Source: Candidatus Poribacteria bacterium (GTDB lineage: Bacteria; Poribacteria; WGA-4E; WGA-3G). Taken from it: a DNA stretch of 64,000 nucleotides. The notes under the pieces are model-generated. The model saw only the letters and a list, made by a program, of their open reading frames with translations, made no database searches and was not told the origin of the DNA. How positions within the stretch are numbered: position 1 is the stretch's first letter; each line of letters starts with the position of its first letter. The translations under genes and the position numbers were made by a program. This document shows positions 51,150 to 60,163 of the stretch, piece after piece. The DNA is taken from positions 2,112,001 through 2,176,000 of the forward strand of contig OZ240248.1 in assembly GCA_965198235.1 (NCBI GenBank). Direction: 5' to 3'.

Positions 51150-51301
51150 TCTGTTTTCAGCTGTCCCCAGCGGGTGGCAAGTTTGCCATTCGCCACTGAC
51201 ATTGTTCCAGCCATCGGGAAGTCCATTATCGAAATTTTCCTGCCATACCCCTGCCGAAGCCATAGAAGTTAATAGGGTGACCATGAATATGAATAGCGCA
51301 T
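51150..51301 (-). pseudogene. Frameshifted 5' fragment of a secreted protein gene
   Basis: GGAGG-ATG at 51301 is out of frame with 'LFIFMVTLLTSMASAGVWQENFDNG..W...SGEW'; truncated. Confidence 0.45.
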
Positions 51302-51464
51302 CGGTTCCTCCAGTCTATCAATCATAATCCTGACTCAGACAACTAAACGCAACCACCAATAATTATATTTATATTAACTGATAAGTCAAGTTAAACCTGT
51401 CAAGGCACCCAAACCTAAAGGATTGGGCTTGTGCTTCATAGCAGTCTGCCTTCCGAGGAAGGGC

Positions 51465-52667
51465 TTACGTCTGCTCCACAGAGGGATCCAAGGCAGCCCT
51501 CAAGATGTTTATCGCAGCGTTGACATCCCGATCGTGGTGTGAACCACACTCAGGACACGTCCATTGCCTATCATTTAGAGAAAGTTTATCGTTGTGATGC
51601 CCACAATCCGAACACGGTTTCGTGGTAGGAGTCCACTGCCCGACTTGAAGGAACTCACGATTATGTTTGAAACATTTGAACTTCAATATCTCCACAAACT
51701 GATAAAAGGCGAGGTCAGAGACTTTCCGTCCCCAAAGGCGTTTCATTGCCTCAAGGTTGAGTGTCTCAGTGACGAGGGTATCAAACCGCCGACACAGGTC
51801 AGTCGCCAGTTTGTAGTGCCAGTCCTTGCGTTGATTGGAAATCTTGGTGTAAAGCCGTGCCAATTCTCTTACCGCACGCCACCAGTTACCAGAACCTTTT
51901 TGCTTACGGCTTACAGATTTGCTGAGTTTGCGGAGTTGGGTCAAGGACGCTTTCAAGGGTTGCGGGTGTTGGATTTTCTCACCGGTGTTCAGCGTCAGAT
52001 AGGTCTCCATGCCGAAGTCCACCCCTACGCTTTTACCTGTAGCGGGCAGAACTTCTTTGGAGGTGTTATCTGTCACGACATACAGCCAATACTCACCGGC
52101 AGCATCGCGTCCGATTTGGATATACCGGACGTTTCCCTTCCAATCGAGATGGTGGTGATACAAGATATTCCTGCGGACAAAGACCAACTTCTGTTTCACT
52201 GTATCCCATTCTTTGAAAGAAAGGCGAAGCGTGCCTCTCGGAATCGGAGAAGTTTCTCCCTCCGGGGGTTTCACCCAAACCTTGTAGCCTGTTTGGAACT
52301 TCGCAGAACGGAGTTTGCCGCGGCGTTTGAACTGCGGAGGACCCACACGTCTGCCACGTCTACCGTTTTCAATCCAATCAAAGAATCGTTCGTAGCCGAT
52401 ATGGATACGGATAATCACTGCGTCAAGCGTATCTCGCGGTATCCATGTCCAGTGTGGCTTGGTGCGTTCGAGCAACTTCGTCAGATGCGGTTGCAGACGA
52501 TACCTACCGGCGTATTTACCATAGATGCGGTAATATCGCCGTTCCAATGCCAAGAAGTGGTTGTGGACATCTTCAAGGTCATCGAACATATTCCCCAAGC
52601 GCATATTCTGCCGGTGATTGCGGATCTTTTTTTTATACGTTCTGCGAGCCTGTTTTCGTTTTTTCAT
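51465..52667 (-). CDS. tnpB: RNA-guided endonuclease TnpB
   Basis: RuvC-I GVDFG, RuvC-II ETLN, CSDC/CPEC zinc finger, RuvC-III DRDVNAAINI. Confidence 0.95.
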   Translation of the reverse strand: MKKRKQARRTYKKKIRNHRQNMRLGNMFDDLEDVHNHFLALERRYYRIYGKYAGRYRLQPHLTKLLERTKPHWTWIPRDTLDAVIIRIHIGYERFFDWIENGRRGRRVGPPQFKRRGKLRSAKFQTGYKVWVKPPEGETSPIPRGTLRLSFKEWDTVKQKLVFVRRNILYHHHLDWKGNVRYIQIGRDAAGEYWLYVVTDNTSKEVLPATGKSVGVDFGMETYLTLNTGEKIQHPQPLKASLTQLRKLSKSVSRKQKGSGNWWRAVRELARLYTKISNQRKDWHYKLATDLCRRFDTLVTETLNLEAMKRLWGRKVSDLAFYQFVEILKFKCFKHNREFLQVGQWTPTTKPCSDCGHHNDKLSLNDRQWTCPECGSHHDRDVNAAINILRAALDPSVEQT

Positions 52668-52764
52668 GGGTTTTCACGGATCACGTCCTTAACCCCTACA
52701 GAGTGGGTAGGCAGACACGCAACCTTGCGATTGCGCTCTGTATGTCTGCCAACGTGATACATCT

Positions 52765-52793
52765 ATTAAACCACAATTTACTTAGAATGTCAA
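52765..52793 (-). promoter_or_regulatory. sigma70 promoter for tnpB
   Basis: TTGACA-17-TTTAAT with TG extension. Confidence 0.65.
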
Positions 52794-52913
52794 GTGTTTT
52801 TTCAAAAAAAAACGCCTTGGCCTAACATATAAGGGCGGTTTTTCCTCCCAAGTCTAAAGACTTGGGTTTCCAAACCGAAACGTAGATGAAAAATGGAGTC
52901 ATTCAATTCTCCT

Positions 52914-52972
52914 GTAGGAGGGATCTCCGAATTCCAACTTCTTCCTGTAGGAGGGATCTTCCGATCGCGACC
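52914..52972 (+). repeat. Tandem GTAG REP palindromes
   Basis: GTAGGAGGGATCTCCGAATTCC and GTAGGAGGGATCTTCCGATCGCGAC. Confidence 0.7.
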
Positions 52973-53143
52973 CTGACAACTGAAAACCAAAGGTCCCTTG
53001 CACGAAAATTCCATTTGACATTTAGGGTGAATAAGTGTATATTAATCGAATAATGTGTTAACATAATGCGTTGTCCATCTCCTTTCGACAAAAGAAAAAT
53101 AGACATGCCTGCAGCGACCTACCTATTGGAAAAACAATAAAAA

Positions 53144-54151
53144 ATGGACGAAAAACGAGCGAGTGGACGCTACTATACGCGTGGGAATCCGTTTCAGTTA
53201 GAACCGTTCCAGACGTGGGTTAAAGCGTCCAATTTAGAACAACAGGTAGTTTTAGAACCGTTTGCGGGTGCGAAGGACATTCCACGTTTGATTGACGCAG
53301 CGCATCTGCAGTACCGAGATTGGGCATTTTTCGACATTGCACCAGGGACAAAAGGAATTGTGCAACGCGACACATTCGCTAACTTTCCCAAAGGGTTCAA
53401 TGTCTGCATTACCAATCCACCGTGGTTGGCACGCAACTCGGCAACTCGGCGCGGCTTACCTTTCCCAGAAGCAACGCGTTACGATGACCTCTACAAATAC
53501 GCGCTTGAGCAATGCCTGATGCATTGTGAGTGGGTCGCGGCAATTATCCCAGAGGCGTTCATTCGGAGCGGACTGTTCCTGAAAAGGTTACACGATTTCA
53601 TCTCTTTAGTCCCACAAAAGCAAGATAAGACAAATTACCCCCCTGATAAGGGGGGCAGGGGGGTTTCGGTTATGTTTGAGGACACAGAACACCCTGTCGG
53701 TCTCGCTCTATTTACGCCGGATGCAACATCGGGCGTTAGGATCTGGCGCAACAATCAATTTCTTGGCACCATGAGTGAACTACGCGAACACCTACCGCAA
53801 CCTTCTTCCAATCGTAGTATTGTGTTCAACGACCCACAGGGAAATCTCGGACTCATCGCTATAGACAATACCGTTTCCGCCTCTATCCGTTTCTGTCCAC
53901 CAGAGGAACTAAAAGACTATCCTATCCGCGTTCATTGCCGTTCAATTACAAAGATTGGTGTGCCGTGGCGTGTGGATATAGATATGCTCAACACTCGCCT
54001 GACAACAATCCGTGAGAAAACCCACGATGTTTTTTTGACAGCATTCAAGGGCTTACGTCGCGATGGACACTACCGACGACGGTTAGATTGGGCTTTGACA
54101 CGGGCAATTGTGAACGCACAGCATCTACAACTTGCAATGAACATGGAGTAG
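53144..54151 (+). CDS. Putative orphan adenine DNA methyltransferase
   Basis: GRYYT, EPFAG (motif I), TNPPW (motif IV). Confidence 0.75.
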   Translation: MDEKRASGRYYTRGNPFQLEPFQTWVKASNLEQQVVLEPFAGAKDIPRLIDAAHLQYRDWAFFDIAPGTKGIVQRDTFANFPKGFNVCITNPPWLARNSATRRGLPFPEATRYDDLYKYALEQCLMHCEWVAAIIPEAFIRSGLFLKRLHDFISLVPQKQDKTNYPPDKGGRGVSVMFEDTEHPVGLALFTPDATSGVRIWRNNQFLGTMSELREHLPQPSSNRSIVFNDPQGNLGLIAIDNTVSASIRFCPPEELKDYPIRVHCRSITKIGVPWRVDIDMLNTRLTTIREKTHDVFLTAFKGLRRDGHYRRRLDWALTRAIVNAQHLQLAMNME

Positions 54152-54155
54152 AGCA

Positions 54156-54476
54156 ATGAATATCCAAAACTTAGTCTGTCTACTTGTATTGATAGCACTC
54201 ATCACGTTTGCGGGGTGCATACCCGGCGATGGCAAACACACCGTCGAGAAACCCGCAGGATTTTTCTGGGGAATTTGGCACGGGTGGATTGCGCCGATCT
54301 CGCTCGTCTGGGGATTGTTATTTAACCCGGATATCCGCCTCTATGAACCCAACAACAGTGGATGGGCTTATGATTTCGGATTTTATATTGCTATTATCAG
54401 TGGTTTCGGCGGTATCTCCTTCTCGCGAAGTAGGCGGAATAAGACTGTAGTGCAGACGAGTAGTAATTCTGAATAA
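54156..54476 (+). CDS. Small membrane lipoprotein
   Basis: Lipobox FAGC; 'AGFFWGIWHGWIAP...YE..N.GW.YDFGF'. Confidence 0.75.
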   Translation: MNIQNLVCLLVLIALITFAGCIPGDGKHTVEKPAGFFWGIWHGWIAPISLVWGLLFNPDIRLYEPNNSGWAYDFGFYIAIISGFGGISFSRSRRNKTVVQTSSNSE

Positions 54477-54520
54477 CAACCGCTATAATTTAAGAACGCT
54501 ATAGCCAAGGAGAAAACGGC

Positions 54521-56119
54521 ATGAAAACTTTTGAGACGCGAGGCCCCGTGTCTCCTGATCGCAACTATGTCGTCCGGCGTACCGCGGAGCTCAAGGATTT
54601 CATTCAACGCGTCAAACAGGGACGATACATCGTCATTTTCGCGCCGCGACAAACAGGCAAAACCACCTTTTTTCGCTGGGCACTGGATGCCCTCGCAGAT
54701 GAAGGCATAGCTTACTTCCCTATTCAATTGGATTTTGAGGAATATAAAAACCTCACTCCTGCCGCTTTTTACGGTGAACTCTGCGAAGATATTCGTGAGG
54801 AAATTGAAAAGGTTTTCCAAAAACGTGGACAGTTGCCTTCGGAAGCACTCAGCCAATTCTTGGAAAATGCCCAGATAACCGATCATCTTTCAATGCGACG
54901 GTTCCTTACAAAACTCGCAAACGCGCTAAAACATCAGCGGATTGTTGTTATCATTGACGAATTTGATGGTATCCCGAAGTCTGTCGTCAGTGATTTTCTG
55001 TATTCGCTCCGCCGTATCTATCTCTCCGGAGCAGAAGGCAGATGTCCTTTCAGTTTAGGAATTGTCGGTGTCAAGAGTATAACGCAGCTCAACTATGATC
55101 GTTCTATCTCACCCTTTAATATCCAAGACGAATTTGCCTTGCCGAACTTTACGTGTGAACAGGTTCAAGAACTCCTCACACAATATACGGACACAGTAGG
55201 GCAGCCCTTCGCCCCCGAAGTCATCAAAGCACTCCACAAACAGACAGCTGGTCAGCCCTTCCTTGTGAACCGATTCGCGCAGATCCTGACGGAGGAATTG
55301 AACATCCCAAAAACCGAGTGCATCGGCATAACACATTTTTCAGAAGCACACACACGGCTGCTGCGCGAACAGAACGTTAACATTCAACATCTCATTACCA
55401 ATATCCGAAAGGATCCACGCTTTGAAACCCTTCTGATGGGAATTGTTTCCCGCGATAGAGGTGTGGATTTTAATCTGGATAACGAATTTATTTCGGATCT
55501 CGCTACTTATGGTATCCTCGCGGAAGGTACCGACGGAATGTGTGAGGTTGTCAACCCGATTTATCAGTATCGCATCATGAAAGCGTTCCAACCCTTGATA
55601 AACGGACTGGAGTGTGAATACTTCCCTGAGGACGCGGAAACCGATTTCTTAGATTATCTCACACCCGACGGGCAGATTCGCCTGCAACCGCTCCTTGATA
55701 ACTTTCAGGATTTTATCGCCCGGGCGGGATATCGGATTCTACAGGTCCCGGAGACTCCAAAAGAGTTCGTTGGGCAATACCTCCTTTTTGCCTATCTTGA
55801 GCAGTTTGTGCGATTGGTGCAGGGACGAATGTACCTTGAAGTGCAAACAGGACGTGGTAGAATGGATCTGCTTATTCTGCACAATTCGCGAAAGTATATC
55901 GTCGAAACCAAAATTTGGGAGGGTGTCCGTCCCTATACAGCAGGCAAGCAGCAACTCGCAGCTTATGTGAAGTTGGAGGGTGCAACCGAGGGGTACTATA
56001 TCGTGTTCGATCATCGTAAGAATCCAGTGCCCCGGACAAAGACAGAGATTGTCGAAGGCTTCATCATCCGGAGCTACGTCATCCCTGTCATGCAAGCGCC
56101 TCCCTCACAGGTAACATAG
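54521..56119 (+). CDS. AAA-like ATPase with PD-(D/E)xK-like C-terminus
   Basis: Colinear paralog of 16742-18340, also 532 aa. Confidence 0.85.
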   Translation: MKTFETRGPVSPDRNYVVRRTAELKDFIQRVKQGRYIVIFAPRQTGKTTFFRWALDALADEGIAYFPIQLDFEEYKNLTPAAFYGELCEDIREEIEKVFQKRGQLPSEALSQFLENAQITDHLSMRRFLTKLANALKHQRIVVIIDEFDGIPKSVVSDFLYSLRRIYLSGAEGRCPFSLGIVGVKSITQLNYDRSISPFNIQDEFALPNFTCEQVQELLTQYTDTVGQPFAPEVIKALHKQTAGQPFLVNRFAQILTEELNIPKTECIGITHFSEAHTRLLREQNVNIQHLITNIRKDPRFETLLMGIVSRDRGVDFNLDNEFISDLATYGILAEGTDGMCEVVNPIYQYRIMKAFQPLINGLECEYFPEDAETDFLDYLTPDGQIRLQPLLDNFQDFIARAGYRILQVPETPKEFVGQYLLFAYLEQFVRLVQGRMYLEVQTGRGRMDLLILHNSRKYIVETKIWEGVRPYTAGKQQLAAYVKLEGATEGYYIVFDHRKNPVPRTKTEIVEGFIIRSYVIPVMQAPPSQVT

Positions 56120-56184
56120 CGAAATTTTCAGTTGAACCGTAGAGATATCAATGTCCCGCGCTACCAACAAAGGAAAACACCTGA

Positions 56185-56421
56185 ATGTCCAGAATAACAC
56201 GAGAAGATATTCAACGCATCGGCGATGAGGCAACACTAACGCACTTTCTGCAAGAAAAATTGAACTTGTCCATCTCGGAAGGGGCGACACTTGAGCAGAT
56301 TGCCCTTCCTTATAGTCTTGAAGTCTTTGATATTGAACAGGAAATAGACGAGTTGGTATACGATCTGTACGAATTGACAGAAGCGGAGATTGAGTTAATA
56401 GAGGAGGAATCTAACCAATGA
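56185..56421 (+). pseudogene. Internally deleted remnant of a large (type IIG-like) RM gene
   Basis: C-terminus 'IEQEIDELVYDLYELTEAEIELIE' is typical of Eco57I-like enzymes; joined to a short N-terminus. Confidence 0.55.
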
Positions 56422-57410
56422 AAGTCTTAGTCATCGGTGGCACAGGCAATATCAGTCGTGGGATTGTCGCCGCGTTGCAAAACCGAAACCACGAAGTCGT
56501 CCTGTTCAATCGTGGACAACACGCCGATCCACCGCCTCCAGATGTCCGTGTGATTCACGGCGACCGAAAAAATCGCGAGGATTTTGAAGCAAAAGTCAGC
56601 GCGGAGGAATGGGATGCCGTGATTGATATGATTAGCTTCAACGCCGAGGATGCCGCCTCCGCACTTCGCGCATGTCAGGGACGTGTCGGACATTTCGTTC
56701 ACTGTTCGACGGTGATGACCTACGGACCGCCGTTCAGTGGGGTTAATCTCACGGAGACAGCACCGTTGCAAGGCACATCCGGCTATGGGCTTGGCAAAAT
56801 CGAAGCGGATGACCTCCTCTTAGAGGCTCACGCACGCGATGGGTTCCCTGTAACCATTTTCAAACCATCCTATACACATGGACCCGGCATGAACCTACAT
56901 CGGCAAGTAGGAGGGGATGGCAGTTGGATCGATCGGTTGCGAAAGGGGAAACCGATCCTCTCTGCAGGCGATGGACTGAACTATTTTCAATTCCTGTCAT
57001 CTCGCGACGCTGGAATTGCGTTTACAGAAGTACTCGGTAGATCCTATTGCTTCGGTGAAATATACAATATCGTCCATCCACAAGCGCGAACATGGGACGA
57101 GTGGCACCGTGCAGCGGCGGAAGCACTCGGCGTTGACATAGAGATCGTACATGTATCCCAAGAGACACTCATCGCGATGGCACCTGAACGGTTCAGTGGG
57201 TTGCGGGGCAACTTCGGGCACACTCAAATCTTCAGCCACGAGAAACTGGCGGCAGTATTACCTGAATTTAGTCCACAAGTTCCGGTTACAGAGAGTGTGG
57301 CAGAAAACATCGCGTGGATGGACAAACACAATCTGGTTCCAGATAGCGACGCGGACGATCTGGAGGATCAGATTATCGAGACAGTTCGCAATCTACCGCG
57401 TATCCGGTAG
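56418..57410 (+). CDS. NAD-dependent epimerase/dehydratase family
   Basis: VIGGTGNIS, YGLGK. Confidence 0.88.
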   Translation: MKVLVIGGTGNISRGIVAALQNRNHEVVLFNRGQHADPPPPDVRVIHGDRKNREDFEAKVSAEEWDAVIDMISFNAEDAASALRACQGRVGHFVHCSTVMTYGPPFSGVNLTETAPLQGTSGYGLGKIEADDLLLEAHARDGFPVTIFKPSYTHGPGMNLHRQVGGDGSWIDRLRKGKPILSAGDGLNYFQFLSSRDAGIAFTEVLGRSYCFGEIYNIVHPQARTWDEWHRAAAEALGVDIEIVHVSQETLIAMAPERFSGLRGNFGHTQIFSHEKLAAVLPEFSPQVPVTESVAENIAWMDKHNLVPDSDADDLEDQIIETVRNLPRIR

Positions 57411-57424
57411 TACAGAGGTGAAAC

Positions 57425-58237
57425 ATGGTACAAATTAAATCAGCGTTAGATTCAGAAAGGCTTGATCTTGTCGAACAGGACCTCCGCGAAGTCGGTTTCC
57501 ATATCATTGAGAATGTGATTACCGACAAAGAGGCAGACGAAGCGCGCGAGGCAGTCTGGAAAATGGTGGAGGAGGATGTCACTAACGGACACGATCACAG
57601 TTATGGAGATGGTAAAATCCGTCGTGTCTGGGCAATCGTCGGGAAATCACCTATCTTCCGCTATTTCGTCCAGCACCCGACCGTGGTGGCGGTGTGGAAA
57701 CGGATGCTCGGTGAAGATGTGATCGCCTCCACGTTTACGGCAAACATCGTTGGACCTGGCGCACCGTCAGGCGGTTGGCATATCGACTACCCGTATTGGG
57801 CGATGCAATCTCCATTCCCGTCCGGTTCGTTGACAGGCCAGACGGTCTGGATGTTAGACGATTTCACGGAAAAGAATGGGGCAACGGCGTGTATTCCAGA
57901 GTCACACAAAACGCTTCGGCGTCCCGAATTGGGAGAAGCGGAAGGGCTTGAGATGGGCATCGCTGTCGCACCGAAAGGCTCTATCATGTTCACCAATGGT
58001 GCGATCTGGCATCAATCTCGGGCAAACCTAACGGACACACCGCGCGTCGGGTTGCTCGGTATGTATAATAGGTCAGTCATCTATCCACAAGAAGATATGC
58101 CTCGTCAGTTGACCGATGCCGAATTGGCGGGTGAAAGCGATGTGCTAAAACAGTTGTTGGGCAGAAATATACCGTTCCGCGACCCCAACCACGGACAAAA
58201 TTGGCATCGCACAGACGCAGGGTTTCGCCAAGCATAG
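57425..58237 (+). CDS. PhyH family dioxygenase
   Basis: WHIDY, DFT..NGAT, WHQS..N....R. Confidence 0.88.
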   Translation: MVQIKSALDSERLDLVEQDLREVGFHIIENVITDKEADEAREAVWKMVEEDVTNGHDHSYGDGKIRRVWAIVGKSPIFRYFVQHPTVVAVWKRMLGEDVIASTFTANIVGPGAPSGGWHIDYPYWAMQSPFPSGSLTGQTVWMLDDFTEKNGATACIPESHKTLRRPELGEAEGLEMGIAVAPKGSIMFTNGAIWHQSRANLTDTPRVGLLGMYNRSVIYPQEDMPRQLTDAELAGESDVLKQLLGRNIPFRDPNHGQNWHRTDAGFRQA

Positions 58238-58455
58238 GAACAAGCGTTCAGTTCCCTGTAGGAGGGATCTCCGAATCCTGGGGAAACACCCAAGCAAAAA
58301 CACCCTTCTTCTGTGGCGGGATTTCCTGATCGCGACCCCAGTTTCCTAAAATCGGAAACCAAAGACCGAAAACTGAATCGCTCTAACAATATAGATAGGT
58401 TTTACTGAACACTTTGCTGTAATGCATTATAGTTTCAAATTCAAGGAGGGCGTTT

Positions 58456-59499
58456 ATGCCAGTTGTATCTCATGATATTTTGAGAAAGTTTGTATATGAC
58501 ATCTATCGCGGTGCTGGAGGGACAGAGGAGGACGCACGCATCGTCAGTGACCACGTTGTCGATTCTAACCTCGTCGGACACGATTCACACGGTGTCATCA
58601 ACGCACCAAACTACGCCGGCGGCATGGCAGGCGGTCCCGCCGCAGATAAGATGGAGATTGTCAGGGAAAGCGGTGCAGCCACCGTCATCAACGCCAATGG
58701 TGCACTCGGTATGGTTGCCGCACGTAAGGCGATGGAGATGGCTGTTGAGAAAGCAGAGAGTTGCACCATCGGTGCGGTCGGCTTGCATCGGTGTGGACAC
58801 GCAGGACGGATGGGTGAATATCCGCCGATTGCGGCACGTGCTGGCATGATCGGGATTGTCCTGCTCAATGGTGGGGGGCGATTTATGCATCCGCACGGCG
58901 GGACCTCTCGAAGACTGCCCCCGAATCCGATTGCGATCTCGGTGCCGCGTCAGGGTGGTGAACCGCTTCTCCTCGATATGACACTCAGCGTCGTCGCAGG
59001 CGGGAAACTGCTCGTCCAGACTGCGCGCGGTGAACCTATACCGGAGGGATGGATGATAGATACCGAAGGTAAACCGCTCACAGACCCGAATGCGTTTCGT
59101 GAACGCCCACAGGACACAGCCGTTATGCCGCTCGGTGGTTTCCAGTTCGGACACAAAGGGTTTGGGCTCGGTGTGATGATAGATGCCATTGCTGGTGGGC
59201 TTTCTTGGGCGGGATGTAGCCGTGAACAGCCGACCCGCGGCGCAAGTGGCATTGTGATGTTCGCGATTAAAATTGAGGATTTCATCGATTTAGCGGATTA
59301 TGAACAGGAGATTGCGTATCTTGTAGAGTGGGTGAAGTCATCCGCTCGGTTGCCCGGTGTTGACGAAATCTATGTACCCGGAGAATTCGAGGAACGGAGC
59401 CGCGAGAAACGCCTGCGCGAGGGAATACCGATTGAGGAGCCAACTTGGAATCGCCTTGTTGAAGCCGCAGAACGTTTCGATGTTGCGGTTCCCATATAG
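58456..59499 (+). CDS. Ldh_2 family oxidoreductase
   Basis: GHDSHG, HAGRMG.Y, NPIA, GHKGFGL. Confidence 0.9.
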   Translation: MPVVSHDILRKFVYDIYRGAGGTEEDARIVSDHVVDSNLVGHDSHGVINAPNYAGGMAGGPAADKMEIVRESGAATVINANGALGMVAARKAMEMAVEKAESCTIGAVGLHRCGHAGRMGEYPPIAARAGMIGIVLLNGGGRFMHPHGGTSRRLPPNPIAISVPRQGGEPLLLDMTLSVVAGGKLLVQTARGEPIPEGWMIDTEGKPLTDPNAFRERPQDTAVMPLGGFQFGHKGFGLGVMIDAIAGGLSWAGCSREQPTRGASGIVMFAIKIEDFIDLADYEQEIAYLVEWVKSSARLPGVDEIYVPGEFEERSREKRLREGIPIEEPTWNRLVEAAERFDVAVPI

Positions 59500-59545
59500 C
59501 AGTAGGCACACACCGTGTGCCGTAAACATGCAACAGGAGAAAAAA

Positions 59546-60145
59546 ATGAGAATCTACGGTTTGTTTGTTTTGCTTATCGGCATTACGGGGTGTGCTGCAC
59601 TGAATCAGCCCATTGGTGAGATGACAGCGTCACGCCTCACCTGTGAGTCTAACCCGGAGTTTGTAGATGGTAATCTGGAGACAGAGAGCACATTCGCAGT
59701 GAGGGGGTTTGTCCGAAAAGCGTATCAACTTCACGAGGGTCAGGGGCGGGGGCTCGCCTATGCACAACGGCGTTATGTAACGCAGATTGAAGGGCAACGC
59801 CGCACGGAAGCAATTATCAAACTGGACGCACCCACCTATATTTCCTATGTGGAAGTCTATCCGGCATCGCGACTGATTCCGAATTTCGCGATGATGACAA
59901 CAACCGATGATCCACCACGCTTTGATGTCGCCTTTGAACGAGTGTCCGACAAGCAGCATCAGGACATAGAGGGCCTGAATCCAGTGCGTTATCGCATCGG
60001 GCGGGAAGTGCTTTATCTACGAATGGGTGCAGACGGAATAGAGGACAGACAGAATTCCACCCGAACTGCGAACTCAGGCGTTGAGATTCCACTGAAAGGA
60101 GCTTCCATTCGCGAAGTCAAATTTTACATCCATCAGACACCGTAA
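59546..60145 (+). CDS. Lipoprotein of unknown function, paralog 1
   Basis: GGAG RBS, lipobox ITGC; family motifs. Confidence 0.75.
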   Translation: MRIYGLFVLLIGITGCAALNQPIGEMTASRLTCESNPEFVDGNLETESTFAVRGFVRKAYQLHEGQGRGLAYAQRRYVTQIEGQRRTEAIIKLDAPTYISYVEVYPASRLIPNFAMMTTTDDPPRFDVAFERVSDKQHQDIEGLNPVRYRIGREVLYLRMGADGIEDRQNSTRTANSGVEIPLKGASIREVKFYIHQTP

Positions 60146-60163
60146 CGGAAAAGGAGGAAAAAA

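Larger units (their letters stand above)
51399..52885 (-). mobile_element. IS200/IS605-family element (tnpB only, IS1341-like)
   Basis: LE hairpin CCCAAGTCTTTAGACTTGGG after probable TTCAT target; RE hairpin CCCAATCCTTTAGGTTTGGG then TGCCTTGAC. Confidence 0.8.

Noticed and set aside
51594-52757. 387-aa ORF antisense to tnpB
   Set aside because: Antisense shadow of the well-supported tnpB; no RBS or recognisable motifs
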